Below are positions 1 through 9,774 of a stretch of 64,000 nucleotides of DNA, one piece after another (the stretch's first letter is position 1; every line of letters begins with the position of its first letter). The notes under the pieces were generated by a model. That model was not told the DNA's origin, ran no database searches, and worked only from the letters and a program-made list of their open reading frames with translations. Position numbers and translations under genes: made by a program. The stretch is from Candidatus Aminicenantes bacterium (GTDB lineage Bacteria; Acidobacteriota; Aminicenantia; Aminicenantales; JAFGAV01): contig OY969762.1 in NCBI GenBank assembly GCA_963702835.1, positions 2,278,427 to 2,342,426 on the forward strand, in the 5' to 3' direction.

Positions 1-1098
1 CGCCTTGCCGAAGGCGATGCGCTCCAGCTCGACCATCTTCGGCCAGATCCCGCCCCGTGGCCCGGCCACACAGACGCCGACGTAAATAGTCGGACACCAG
101 AACACCTTTTGCTTGACGGCGCGGTCGATAAGGTCGTCGGTGAGGCCGTCCCCGTGCTCGATGGTATCCACGCCCATGCGCAGCGCCGCATCGATGCCGT
201 CCCAGCCGATAGTGTGGGCTGCGACTTTCTTGCCCAGGCGGTGCGTCTCGTCCACCAGCGCCCGCATCTCCTCATCGGTGAAGTCCACCCAGGAGCGCAG
301 CCGGCCGTCGGGGCCCAGGTAGTATTTGCGGTCGGCGTAGAACTTGATCCAGTCGGCGCCGTACTTCACCTGCTCCCGCACCGCCCGGCGGATGTTGTCC
401 GGGCCGTCCACGATCTGCACGCCCTCGGGCACCTTAAGCTCCCAGGAGTAGCCGGAAAGCGGATACATTCCAGTGGGCGTCATGGCCCGCGTCGAGACAA
501 ACAGCCGCGGGCCGGGAATGACCCCTTTGTTGATGGCGGTCTTGACGTCCACGTCGGCGTACATGGCGCCCTCGGTCTCGACGTCGCGCAGCGTGGTGAA
601 GCCGTTGAGGAGCGAGGTTCGCACGGCCATGGTGGCCCGGATCGTCCGGTAGGGAATGCTCTCCTTGAGGAGCTGGTCGTCGTAGTCGGCAGCCGTGAGA
701 TCGCCCTGCAGCAGGATATGGGTGTGGTTGTCGATCAAACCGGGCAACAATGTGGCCCCGCCCAAGTCGATCAGGCGGGCGTCCTTCGGCGCTTGGGCTG
801 CGATCTCGGCCGCCGGGCCGACGGCCTTGATTCGCTGGCCCTCGACCAGCACCGCCACTCCCTGCCGCGCCTCATACGATGTCCCGTCGATCAGGCGGGC
901 CGCTTTGATCAGTGTGACCTGCGGCTTCTGCGCGCCTGCCGCTTCGCCTGACTGGGCTGTGCCCGATACCAATATCGCCAGCGCCGCCCCGATGACGGCC
1001 GCAAGCAGGCCGGGCCGCCCGCGCCGCTGTCCTTGAGGCCCGCGCTTCTCAGTCAAACTTTTGCCCCAATTGAAACCTTGTCCAAGCAGTGTCTTCAC
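1..1098 (-). CDS. Amidohydrolase family protein (Xaa-Pro dipeptidase/prolidase-like), signal-peptide-like N-terminus; runs off the window start
   Basis: Manual minus-strand translation (absent from the ORF track): HTHILLQGD, GFTTLRDVETEG, GADWIKFYAD, KVAAHTIG, DTIEHGDG. GTG start at 1098 with AGGAGG upstream. Confidence 0.85.
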   Translation of the reverse strand, partial: MKTLLGQGFNWGKSLTEKRGPQGQRRGRPGLLAAVIGAALAILVSGTAQSGEAAGAQKPQVTLIKAARLIDGTSYEARQGVAVLVEGQRIKAVGPAAEIAAQAPKDARLIDLGGATLLPGLIDNHTHILLQGDLTAADYDDQLLKESIPYRTIRATMAVRTSLLNGFTTLRDVETEGAMYADVDVKTAINKGVIPGPRLFVSTRAMTPTGMYPLSGYSWELKVPEGVQIVDGPDNIRRAVREQVKYGADWIKFYADRKYYLGPDGRLRSWVDFTDEEMRALVDETHRLGKKVAAHTIGWDGIDAALRMGVDTIEHGDGLTDDLIDRAVKQKVFWCPTIYVGVCVAGPRGGIWPKMVELERIAFGKA

Positions 1099-1425
1099 AG
1101 TCCACCTCCTCAGATATTTTTTTATTAATATTATCAATTCATCCTTCACTTGTCGAAAGGCGGGATGCTCAACATCCTCCATTTGTCTAAGGAAGCAATG
1201 CTCAGCCAGCAGGAGCACGGCTCTATCCCTACAACCTTCACCCGGCAACCAACGCTCTCTTTCAAATAGTCCACCGGGAGAGCGAGCTTTTCCCCTTCTC
1301 GCCAAGGAAGGGAGCGCTAAAGGGAAATTGCATCTCTGTTATCAGTTATTGGAGGCCTTGATTCCGTGCCTGAAAGGAGGGAAGAAGGTTTATTGAAGAA
1401 AAAGAAAGTCCTATTCCTATCAGGG

Positions 1426-1764
1426 TTACGGACTCCAGACATATTTCTCGACCACCCTCTGCACAACTTGGTTCAACGATATCCCCAGCATCGCGGATTT
1501 CCGGGCGGCCTTTTTATGGAGGTCCGCCGTCATTCGCACGTTAAAGCTTCCCTTGTAGGATTTATGAAGGGGCTTGCCCGCCGACCGGCATAGGTTTATG
1601 TAATCTGCGACCGCCTCCCGGAAAGCCTTCTTCAGATCGCCGACATCCCGGCCTTCGAAACTCACGAGGTCCTCGATGCTTTCAATTCTGCCGATAAAGC
1701 ACTCGTCCTCGGCGCTAAAATGAACTGAGCCGATAAAATCCTTGTAGTGGAGGACATCCTTCAT
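1426..1764 (-). CDS. hicB: HicB-family antitoxin, orphan
   Basis: MKDVLHYKDFIGSVHFSAEDECFIGRI...SYKGSFNVRMTADLHKKAA..GISLNQ, i.e. HicB domain plus RHH. ATG at 1764 is more plausible than the track start. Confidence 0.85.
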   Translation of the reverse strand: MKDVLHYKDFIGSVHFSAEDECFIGRIESIEDLVSFEGRDVGDLKKAFREAVADYINLCRSAGKPLHKSYKGSFNVRMTADLHKKAARKSAMLGISLNQVVQRVVEKYVWSP

Positions 1765-1799
1765 TTGAGCGTTCCCATCGCCCTCAGCTCCTCTTCTAA
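1761..1799 (-). pseudogene. 3' remnant of a hicA toxin gene
   Basis: Reads LEEELRAMGTLK*, with TGA overlapping the hicB ATG (ATGA coupling); resembles HicA C-termini. Confidence 0.5.
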
Positions 1800-2407
1800 G
1801 TTTCAATCCCGACAAGTACGAGTGGAACGGCGGGGACTCCCCGACCTTGCCGAACAATATTATAAAATTCACCCTCAAAATATGGGACGCCGGAACTCAT
1901 TTGGCTTTGGAGAGACTTCATCGGTAATATTTCGACTCCCACATCAATTTTATCGCCAATATAAAAGGCGAGGTGTTTTACAAAAAGATCGTATGCGACA
2001 AATGCATATTTGCCGAATTGCACTTCTACAGCGACTCGATCTTTTACAAAATCGGTCTGGTTGTAGCTAAATATCGGAATTTCCCCGGATTCTTCAATCT
2101 CACGCTTCTGCTCTGAAGTTGATAAAGAAAGCGTCTTTCGAATAAGTTTTTCGCTTCGAGTTACCCAATAATTCACTCGACTTTCTTGCCAGTCTCTCTT
2201 TCTAAGTAGTCTTTTAAAACTCGCGTTCAATTCGATCGGGCTATAAAGAATCGCCCCTTTCATTGTTTTTTCTTTCGATATTTTTGTTTTGCACTTTTTG
2301 GCATCAACCGTAGAGATAACCAATTGGATCTCTTTCCATAAACCCGGTTTATGAACAAGTAGGAATTCTTTCCCATTAAGATGAGAATAGACTTCCGCGA
2401 TTTTCAT
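1796..2407 (-). CDS. BglII/BstYI-family type II restriction endonuclease
   Basis: YSHLNGKEFL, NQTDFVKDRVAVEVQFGKYAFVAYDLFVKH, MSSGVPYFEGE motifs; directly downstream of a methyltransferase. Confidence 0.85.
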   Translation of the reverse strand: MKIAEVYSHLNGKEFLLVHKPGLWKEIQLVISTVDAKKCKTKISKEKTMKGAILYSPIELNASFKRLLRKRDWQESRVNYWVTRSEKLIRKTLSLSTSEQKREIEESGEIPIFSYNQTDFVKDRVAVEVQFGKYAFVAYDLFVKHLAFYIGDKIDVGVEILPMKSLQSQMSSGVPYFEGEFYNIVRQGRGVPAVPLVLVGIET

Positions 2408-2419
2408 AAAAATCACCTT

Positions 2420-3361
2420 TTAATCTTTAGCTGGTGTATTCATCAACTCCAATTGTTCGGATGACGATTCCTTAGACCATGGTGATATCCGCAATTTATT
2501 TCCGGCTATATCCGGATCATAAATCGGCTTGTACATAGGCCGCGTTTTCAACGTCCCCTCAATTTCTTGTCTAATACGACTACGGGCCAATTCGATATAT
2601 TTTGGTAAAACTTCGGCGCCCGATCCTCGTCTCCCATGCCGGATGGCAGCAATAACGGTGGTCCCAGTGCCAAGAAACGGATCGAAAATCCAATCCCCCT
2701 CATGAGTCATGGCTAATACCAACCGTTCAATCAATTCAACAGGGAACTGGCATGGATGATCCGTTTTTTCAATATGGTTGCTTTTTACGTTCGGTATAAT
2801 CCATAAATCCCCCGGATTCTTTCCTAGAGGATTGCAGGAGTATTGCCCTGCTTTCGGCCCTTTGAAATGTTTCTTCCCCGGATATTTCTGCGGAATACGA
2901 ACAGCATCCAAATTGAAGACATATTGGCCTGATTTTGTAAACCAGACGATCGTTTCATACCGTCCGGAATAACGGCGGCTACAATGCAGTCCGTGTTCAA
3001 AATGCCATATGATACGATTTCGTAGCTTTAATCCTAAATTGGAAAAGATGGGATAAAGAACCGTATCCAGTGGAATGATGGACCCATCATGGACATAGTT
3101 ACCGACTTGCCAACAAATGCTTCCAGAAGGAGCAAGAACGCGGACACATTCACGGATGACTTCAGCTTGCTGTTTTAAGTAGACATCCAGATCGAGGCGT
3201 TTCTCGTACTCTTTGCCAATATTGTAAGGCGGAGAAGTCACGACTAGCTGAATTGTTTCATCAGCAATGTTTCTCAACATGTCGAGACAATCGCCATGAT
3301 AGACTACGGCTCGTTCGGATGACTTGAATACATCACAAATACTAATTTTTTGGCCGATCAT
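2420..3361 (-). CDS. Site-specific DNA methyltransferase, beta class (m4C/m6A)
   Basis: Motif IV TSPPYN precedes motif I DPFLGTGTT; HPCQFPVELIERL. Start could extend to 3448. Confidence 0.9.
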   Translation of the reverse strand: MIGQKISICDVFKSSERAVVYHGDCLDMLRNIADETIQLVVTSPPYNIGKEYEKRLDLDVYLKQQAEVIRECVRVLAPSGSICWQVGNYVHDGSIIPLDTVLYPIFSNLGLKLRNRIIWHFEHGLHCSRRYSGRYETIVWFTKSGQYVFNLDAVRIPQKYPGKKHFKGPKAGQYSCNPLGKNPGDLWIIPNVKSNHIEKTDHPCQFPVELIERLVLAMTHEGDWIFDPFLGTGTTVIAAIRHGRRGSGAEVLPKYIELARSRIRQEIEGTLKTRPMYKPIYDPDIAGNKLRISPWSKESSSEQLELMNTPAKD

Positions 3362-3913
3362 TGAAGAAAATCTGGAATTCTTTTTTAAAACAAAGGACAA
3401 CTTGCTTTGGGGTGTAGTCCCTTTTTTACTTCTATTGGCAAATCCCACGTTCTTAATATAATCCTATTTTTACCCTCTTTCAATCTTAGTCATATGATTT
3501 CTGATGAATCAATCCCATCACTGTTTATCATAATATAAGACGATTAATAAACGATTTATTATCACCATGAAAAAAGAAAAATACGGAAAGGCTTAATACT
3601 CCAGGTTTTTTCGATCCGTTCCTGACCGTCCATATAGGGAGGGAGGTTTGGAGAAATGACGACTGTACCGTCTGCTTGCTGATAAATCTCAAGGATAGCG
3701 CTTACAGTCTATCTTACAACGAGTTCCGAACCGTTCATCGTGTGGACGAACACGGGTTTAGCCTTCTGTTCGCGTCGAAAACGAATATTGGACCACCGAG
3801 CTTGGAATTCCAGAGAAGAAGTATAGCTCTATCGCATCCCATTAAAAGGAGTCAAGGTTATCGAGCATATGTTATCTTTTTCTTTCTGCTTAGCGAACCG
3901 GGCGGCTGTCGGG

Positions 3914-4411
3914 CTATTTCTTTAGCTGGAGCCGGCGGAATAAGAGATCAGTACGCGCCAATTTGTATTGGCCGCAGAAGATTAATTTGATAATACTGAC
4001 TTTCTTTCTAGCAATAAGTATATCAATCGGGATATACTCGCGGACGATATCGGCTTGTGCTTTTGATGTAGATGCCCAAATTGAAGCCCAAACTATCCAC
4101 ATATGCGCCGGTGGCCAAGACTCCCACAGCTCTTCCGTTACCTCATCTAACACTTTCCCTCCAGTCCATCGGTCTAAAGGACGGCGGTGAGGGTAGCCTT
4201 CGTCGTCCCGGGCCAGATACGGAATCCCCTGGATGATTTTCGAAATTGCCGGTACTAGGTGCTTAAGTGGCACACCGACTTTATGCGCGAACCACAACAT
4301 CCAATCCCCGCGTTCGCACTCCGTCCATGCTTGCTCCAAGGTGCGGTCACCGACCCAGCTAATCATTTCTTTATAGGCACGAATTTTAATCAACATTCTT
4401 TTCAATGTCAT
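3914..4411 (-). CDS. Hypothetical protein with a phage-like AWxxCxRGDWMLW motif
   Basis: 165-aa ORF with ATG and GAGG upstream; motif recalled from phage hypothetical proteins. Confidence 0.5.
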   Translation of the reverse strand: MTLKRMLIKIRAYKEMISWVGDRTLEQAWTECERGDWMLWFAHKVGVPLKHLVPAISKIIQGIPYLARDDEGYPHRRPLDRWTGGKVLDEVTEELWESWPPAHMWIVWASIWASTSKAQADIVREYIPIDILIARKKVSIIKLIFCGQYKLARTDLLFRRLQLKK

Positions 4412-4722
4412 CTAAGCCCGCTTCCTCTCTGGCAATCTTTCTCCTAGCCTTGCCACGGGACGGGCTTTACTGGCTGGGGGAACCCGGCTATGGCTCATCG
4501 AGCATTCAAGCTTCGGATTCAACCTCGTCCCTTTTTATGGATAATAAATTGTCACGAGAGGCAATGTCAACTCGAGCCGAGCTCAATAACGAGTAGTGCA
4601 GCAGGGTGGAGGAGAGGAAGCTCATCGTTCGGAACGGATATTCTCCGCGCCACGGAAAAAGCAATATCTTAACTCCCAGACCGCCGGGCGCGTCCTTGGT
4701 CAAGGCCTATGCCTGCTCTTGA

Positions 4723-5868
4723 CTAAATGCTCCTCATTTTTTCGACCATGGACGCCGAATGGGCAGCGGGATTGCATACTATCGCAGCGAGAATATCACG
4801 GCTGCTAATATCGCGGTGTTGCTCCAAAGCAAGCCGAGCAGCCTCGTTCACAATCAATTCAATTTCCGCACTTGTATAATTCTCAATCTTCCGCGCTAAG
4901 GTGTGCCAATCAATCGACTCCTGAGGTCTATTGGCCATGTAAATCCGCAGCATTTCGACCCTTGCCTCATAATCCGGCGGCCCCACAAAAAACTTCTTAT
5001 CCATCCGGCCGGGCCGCATCACAGCGGGATCGATACGGCTGGGAAGATTCGTCGCGCCGACAACCAGAATTTTGTTTTTGCCGCACTCATTCAGTCGCAC
5101 CAGAAATTCGTTCACTTCGCTGGCATAGTGATGCCCAACGGAATTGCCGCCCCGATTCGGCACCATCGCATCCAACTCGTCAAAAAAGATTATGCATGGC
5201 GCTTCTTTTTTGGCTTTGGCGAACAGATCCGCAATCTTCCCCTGTGTTCCATGTACGAAGATACTCGCCAAATCTCCCGGAGTCACTTCCATGAATGAGA
5301 ATCCCACTACTTCGGCCAGTTTTCTAGCAATGAAAGTCTTGCCGCACCCAGGCGGGCCATACAACAGAATCCCATTTGGTAGGCTTAAACGATATCTTTC
5401 AAATATTTCAGGCTCCGGCAATGGCAGAATAACATCGCGCTCCAGCATAGCTTTAAGATCTCGCATCCCTGCCACGCCTCTCCAAACTAACCGCGTCGGC
5501 TTAGCATCATCAGAAGGAGCATGTCCTTCCCCGCCATGAGGTCGAAGAAATCCCGCCTCCCTTTTCAGTCGCTCCTTTAGCGCCACTGCAGCTACGTTGT
5601 CAGGATTCATTTCTATTTCCAGACATGCCCATGCCAGAGCCTCTGTACTGCGTCCCCACTCACGCAACAGGTCGATCCGGTAGAGCCAGGACAGACGTCT
5701 TTCTTCAAGTACCCATTCTTCTCCCCCAAAAAGCGGCACGGAATCCTCAATGACATGGTCCAGGATATCCAGCGCGCGCCGGTATTTCCCTTGAGAAGCA
5801 AAAATGCCGATTCGCTCGTGGATACGACCCTTCAGTTCAGCTTCTTTGTCGTGATTCAATTTCGTCAT
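4723..5868 (-). CDS. AAA+ ATPase (Cdc48/FtsH-like module) with N-terminal helical, TPR-like domain
   Basis: Walker A GPPGCGKT, Walker B IIFFDELD, second region of homology ATNLPSRIDPAVMRPGRMD. Confidence 0.88.
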   Translation of the reverse strand: MTKLNHDKEAELKGRIHERIGIFASQGKYRRALDILDHVIEDSVPLFGGEEWVLEERRLSWLYRIDLLREWGRSTEALAWACLEIEMNPDNVAAVALKERLKREAGFLRPHGGEGHAPSDDAKPTRLVWRGVAGMRDLKAMLERDVILPLPEPEIFERYRLSLPNGILLYGPPGCGKTFIARKLAEVVGFSFMEVTPGDLASIFVHGTQGKIADLFAKAKKEAPCIIFFDELDAMVPNRGGNSVGHHYASEVNEFLVRLNECGKNKILVVGATNLPSRIDPAVMRPGRMDKKFFVGPPDYEARVEMLRIYMANRPQESIDWHTLARKIENYTSAEIELIVNEAARLALEQHRDISSRDILAAIVCNPAAHSASMVEKMRSI

Positions 5869-6148
5869 TAGTCATCCTCGCCTTCTATTGCACGGTCCAT
5901 TGCGGCACATAAGCCGGCTCGAAATATGATTTCATATTTGATCATAATAGCCGACTTTCTTCCCGTCAACTCGATGTGCTCTGCCAACGCCCCGTCAATC
6001 TCAATTTTCATTGGAATCGGCGCATCCAGCATTTTAACATGTCACCGTGAAACTCACGTCCTCTGGCAGGTGTCTAGCTCGCGAAACTAATTCCGTGACG
6101 GCTTGGAAGAGACGCTAATTCTCATGCGAAAGGGTTGATAGAAGTAAT

Positions 6149-6310
6149 TATGGACTGTACGCCAATGCCCATCGAAGCAAGGTCAAGCAGGCAAACCATG
6201 TTTTTCTGGCCCTCCGGATGGTCGAGGTGGAACTCCCGTATATCCCTTCCAAGGGCTGAACTTCGATGATCCGGAAGGTCTATGAGGTGAAGATTCATTG
6301 CCCGGCGCGG
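6149..6310 (+). mobile_element. Degenerate C-terminal fragment of an IS91-family (rolling-circle) transposase
   Basis: Translates YGLYANAHRSKVK...ALRMVEVEL...PSKG*TSMIRKVYEV, matching the IS91-like YYGLYANxHRGK...W.E.IRKVYEVDP tail, with W mutated to TGA. Confidence 0.6.
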
Positions 6311-6498
6311 TCATTCACAATGCCGCTTAAAAAAGAATTTCCTCTAGGGCCGGATATCTATTCGTATTCCGCGAGAGACCGCATATTGGGGTCGTTATAA
6401 ATGATGATAGTCACTAGTCATTGTCTTCTCAAAAATATCCCATTTATATAATAATATACTTACATTAAAATACTAAAGAGAACTGGGGAATATTATAA

Positions 6499-7077
6499 AT
6501 GGCAATCTATACTGAAAATGGCTTGAAGATTCGATTGGATCCTAAACGTATTGAACGAGTTCTCGCGCCAGCACAGGGAGAGATAAATATTGAGGATGCT
6601 TATCATGATATCGAGTTTTGGGCAGGTTTTCCGAATGCAGCATCAAGCGTTGCTGCGATATCAATTGCGTTTTTAACACAGTCATGGCCTAAAGTACTGC
6701 TAGGAACTATTCTAGCGTATTTGACCGCAAACTTATTGCAAATATTTTATTATTCTCGACTGCTTAAAGTCATTTTCCCACAATTACTTGGCCGCTGGTT
6801 TATTTCGGTTCCAATCTCAGTAGTTATTACTTACTATTTATTTCGAAAAGGATCTATTTCTGCGGGAATAATCCAGCTAGTGTTGGTTGCTGCTAATTTG
6901 TGGAAAATAACGGACGTTCTTCTTCTCATTTTCATGCCAATCAGAGTCATGTTAAAAAAGTTAATTGGAAGCAGACTAGGCGATATTGAATTGGCCTTTA
7001 TCAATATACTAAATTCTAAGGCGCGTAAAATTGGTGTTGAATTGGACTGGAAAGCTTATAAAGACAATGATACTTAA
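6499..7077 (+). CDS. Hypothetical multi-pass membrane protein
   Basis: 192-aa AT-rich ORF with about 4 hydrophobic segments and GGGG upstream. Confidence 0.7.
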   Translation: MAIYTENGLKIRLDPKRIERVLAPAQGEINIEDAYHDIEFWAGFPNAASSVAAISIAFLTQSWPKVLLGTILAYLTANLLQIFYYSRLLKVIFPQLLGRWFISVPISVVITYYLFRKGSISAGIIQLVLVAANLWKITDVLLLIFMPIRVMLKKLIGSRLGDIELAFINILNSKARKIGVELDWKAYKDNDT

Positions 7078-7140
7078 TAAGACAAAAGGAGAATTCTTTG
7101 TCACTTTATATAAGTTATCACGACTTATATGACGATATCG

Positions 7141-7443
7141 CTAAGATGCTCTTTTTTTTAGGAATATTGATACAATTAGCCCAATCCCAACAAAAACATC
7201 TACTACGTTCCACAGTTCTCTTCCTAAGGATATTTTGATAAGCGGCTGAAATAGAATAGCAAGACAAACAAAAATGAATGTTTCAATATAGTTATTATTT
7301 TCTTTTGCTTGATAACCAAGAATAATAAAACCAATAAAAGCTACAAATCGGATTAACTGATAATAGCCGTAAGGCATATTCAGCAAACATAGAAAAAACA
7401 AAACAGCAAGAATGCCTTTTACAATTTTATCTATCAATAGCAT
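7141..7443 (-). CDS. DUF6804-like small membrane protein
   Basis: MPYGYYQLIRFVAF...AILFQPLIKISLGRELWNVVD signature. Confidence 0.7.
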   Translation of the reverse strand: MLLIDKIVKGILAVLFFLCLLNMPYGYYQLIRFVAFIGFIILGYQAKENNNYIETFIFVCLAILFQPLIKISLGRELWNVVDVFVGIGLIVSIFLKKRAS

Positions 7444-7855
7444 TCCATGATTTTTTTGCTATCTGCAATGCTACAGTTCTAAAAGAACAATCTTTTGGGC
7501 TGGCGATTCATATCCCTAAGAGCTATGAGGGCGGAGTGCTGGATATTCTTAATAGTCCTGAACCTCCATTATAAAAAATATCGCACAAATCTTGTACATT
7601 GACAATATATACATAAAAGCGCGTAGACATATGTTCTTATACCCTATGTCCTCTCTCCATCTACTAATCTCCCTAAAACCTACCTTCAAAAATACAAACA
7701 ATAAAGTTCATTTAAGGATCAGCCTAAATTGGCCCTTTGTCGCCCACAACAGTTTATAATCTATTATAGAGTCTTGCAAAGGCGCTTAATTTATTGACGT
7801 TCCTTCGCAAATTTGTTATTAGTATTAAATAGGGTTGATTCTTCAAATTAGAAAC

Positions 7856-8437
7856 ATGAAGGGCTCCGGACCGATAAAAAGCTGTCATATTCTAAAATCA
7901 GATGCCTACCCTTGGCTTAATGCCTGTATAAATTTTGCAAGTAACCAAGCTGAACTATATACAAGTGGTTATAAGCGCGCGGCAGAAATATTGATTGACT
8001 ACGTTTTAAGAGAACGGATCAACCTTGATACTCTAGTTTATCCGATTCTCTTTCTATATCGGCAGTGTATTGAACTCCAATTGAAAAACTTAATAAAGTG
8101 CGGAAGCGAATTGCTTGATTCTCCCAAAGAAGCTCCAAATACACACGATTTAAGATGCCTGTGGGAACAATGTAAAGGGATTCTAGAAAAGATATTTGAT
8201 GATGAGTCGGATCCAATAAAGAAAATTGAAACAATTGTACTCAAACTAGCAGAAATTGACCCTCGTTCACAAGCTTTTCGATATCCTAAGGATAGGAAAG
8301 GCAGCAAGTCGTTGGCAGGGATTACTCATATTAATTTCAAGAAAATATCCGACTTATTTGGAGAAACTGTTGGGCTCCTTGATGGGGCTGAAACCCTAAT
8401 CTCGGAATATTTGTCAAACAAATATCTTGAGTATTAG
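7856..8437 (+). CDS. HEPN-like domain protein
   Basis: LVYPILFLYRQCIELQLK...THDL..LW...DPRSQAFRYP pattern (ExxLK / HDL / RYP of the HEPN fold). Start uncertain (7835 or 7856). Confidence 0.6.
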   Translation: MKGSGPIKSCHILKSDAYPWLNACINFASNQAELYTSGYKRAAEILIDYVLRERINLDTLVYPILFLYRQCIELQLKNLIKCGSELLDSPKEAPNTHDLRCLWEQCKGILEKIFDDESDPIKKIETIVLKLAEIDPRSQAFRYPKDRKGSKSLAGITHINFKKISDLFGETVGLLDGAETLISEYLSNKYLEY

Positions 8438-8462
8438 TCAGTCCAAGAGAATGAGGATAAAT

Positions 8463-9545
8463 ATGCCAATCGATGAAAATACTCTTCAGACAATAAGAAG
8501 ACGAGAAGCTAAATCTAGGAGGGTTAGCTTTAGTGATCCGATAATTCTCCATGAAACCCAGAAAAAGCGTGTTGTTCTAGTGCCCTTCTTTATTCCCCGA
8601 AGCGATGGAAGTGACTTGGCAGTCAAGATTGTATCCTACAGGAAAACAGAGCCGCCTCTAACATGGGGGTATGTTGAAAATAAATCAATATCACTTAATG
8701 AATCAGCATCGCGCAAGTTGCTAGTGGGACTTAAATCGCATTTAAGAGTTGCAGAGGAGGCTGCAGACGGGAGTTATATCTTAATCAAAACTCCTGGAGG
8801 GACTGCGCAACTGGGCGAAAACGATCCGGCGACTGTAGCCTCTGTACTGATGAAAGTATTGAGTTCGAAGGAAATTGTAAATCATTTGTCCGAAACTAAT
8901 CTAACTAATGAATTGATTAGTGCTTTTCGGGGTGCCATTCAATTGAAAGAGATGCGAGAAGCGGTATCAAAACTGCGGCTTCACCTTGATGCTGGGGAAA
9001 CTAATGAACAAATATACCAGACGTGGTGCGAACAGCACACGTGGGCATTTGGAAATGCCTATGTAATGAGAGATGAAGTGCGGAACATTTCAATTGGTGA
9101 TCGTCTGGATCTTTTATTGCCGACTGTAATTTCTGGATACCGCGATATCGTCGAACTAAAAAGACCTGACAATAGGGTTCTAGCTTTTGATTCTCAACAT
9201 AACAATTATTTCTTTACAATTTCTGTTTCTCAGGCTATTGGCCAATGCCATAGATATTTAGATGTTTTACAGGAGGCAGCTGCTCAGGGGCTGATGGATC
9301 ACCCTGAGATTGTTGCCTATCACCCCCGAGCGATCATTGTTATTGGGAGATCTAATGATTGGGGCCAAGAAAATTTGAAGGCTCTCCATGGTTTGAATAG
9401 CAGATTGAATGGAATTACTATCATGACGTATGACCAGCTTTTAGCCCAAGGCGAAAGGCTTATTGAAATGCTAAGTTCAGGGTCTTCCGAAGAAGCAAGT
9501 GATGAAGAACTCTCAATTCCTGATGATGACGACTTTCCGTTCTAA
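8463..9545 (+). CDS. sduA: Shedu anti-phage nuclease SduA (DUF4263) with N-terminal extension
   Basis: EQIYQTWCEQHTWAFG, D..IVELKRP, SQAIGQCHRY, HPRAIIVIGRS, ITIMTYDQLL. ATG at 8463 follows GAGG. Confidence 0.85.
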   Translation: MPIDENTLQTIRRREAKSRRVSFSDPIILHETQKKRVVLVPFFIPRSDGSDLAVKIVSYRKTEPPLTWGYVENKSISLNESASRKLLVGLKSHLRVAEEAADGSYILIKTPGGTAQLGENDPATVASVLMKVLSSKEIVNHLSETNLTNELISAFRGAIQLKEMREAVSKLRLHLDAGETNEQIYQTWCEQHTWAFGNAYVMRDEVRNISIGDRLDLLLPTVISGYRDIVELKRPDNRVLAFDSQHNNYFFTISVSQAIGQCHRYLDVLQEAAAQGLMDHPEIVAYHPRAIIVIGRSNDWGQENLKALHGLNSRLNGITIMTYDQLLAQGERLIEMLSSGSSEEASDEELSIPDDDDFPF

Positions 9546-9660
9546 GCAATAGCGCTAGTTATCCTGCTCTGTTCATTCGTTTCTTGAGAGTCTATTTATA
9601 TACTTTATTCCTGTCCCATTGATTTAGGATTCAGATCCCGCATGAGATTATTCTCGAGCT

Positions 9661-9774
9661 GAGGAACGTCCGGTGCCGCAGTCAGGCCATTGCCCGTTGC
9701 TCGACCACCTTAACCTTCGTATCAACTTTTGCCTTGTCTTTCGGATGCCAGACCCGAGTGGGCAGGACCGCCGT
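9661..9774 (-). mobile_element. Degenerate IS21-family IstA transposase fragment
   Basis: Minus strand reads TAVLPTRVWHPKDKAKVDTKVKVVEQRAMA*LRHRTF, similar to IstA P.RP.KPRDKAKVE..V..VER.ILA.LR.RTF; contains an internal stop. Confidence 0.6.

Noticed and set aside
109-951. 280-aa plus-strand ORF
   Set aside because: Antisense shadow of the minus-strand amidohydrolase, which carries all the catalytic motifs.
1796-3361. Assigning AGATCT (BglII) specificity, or site avoidance
   Set aside because: Family membership does not fix specificity, and AGATCT occurs in the window (e.g. 5456, 10078, 29091).
6400-9600. Integron cassette array
   Set aside because: Mixed gene orientations, no convincing attC sites and no intI.
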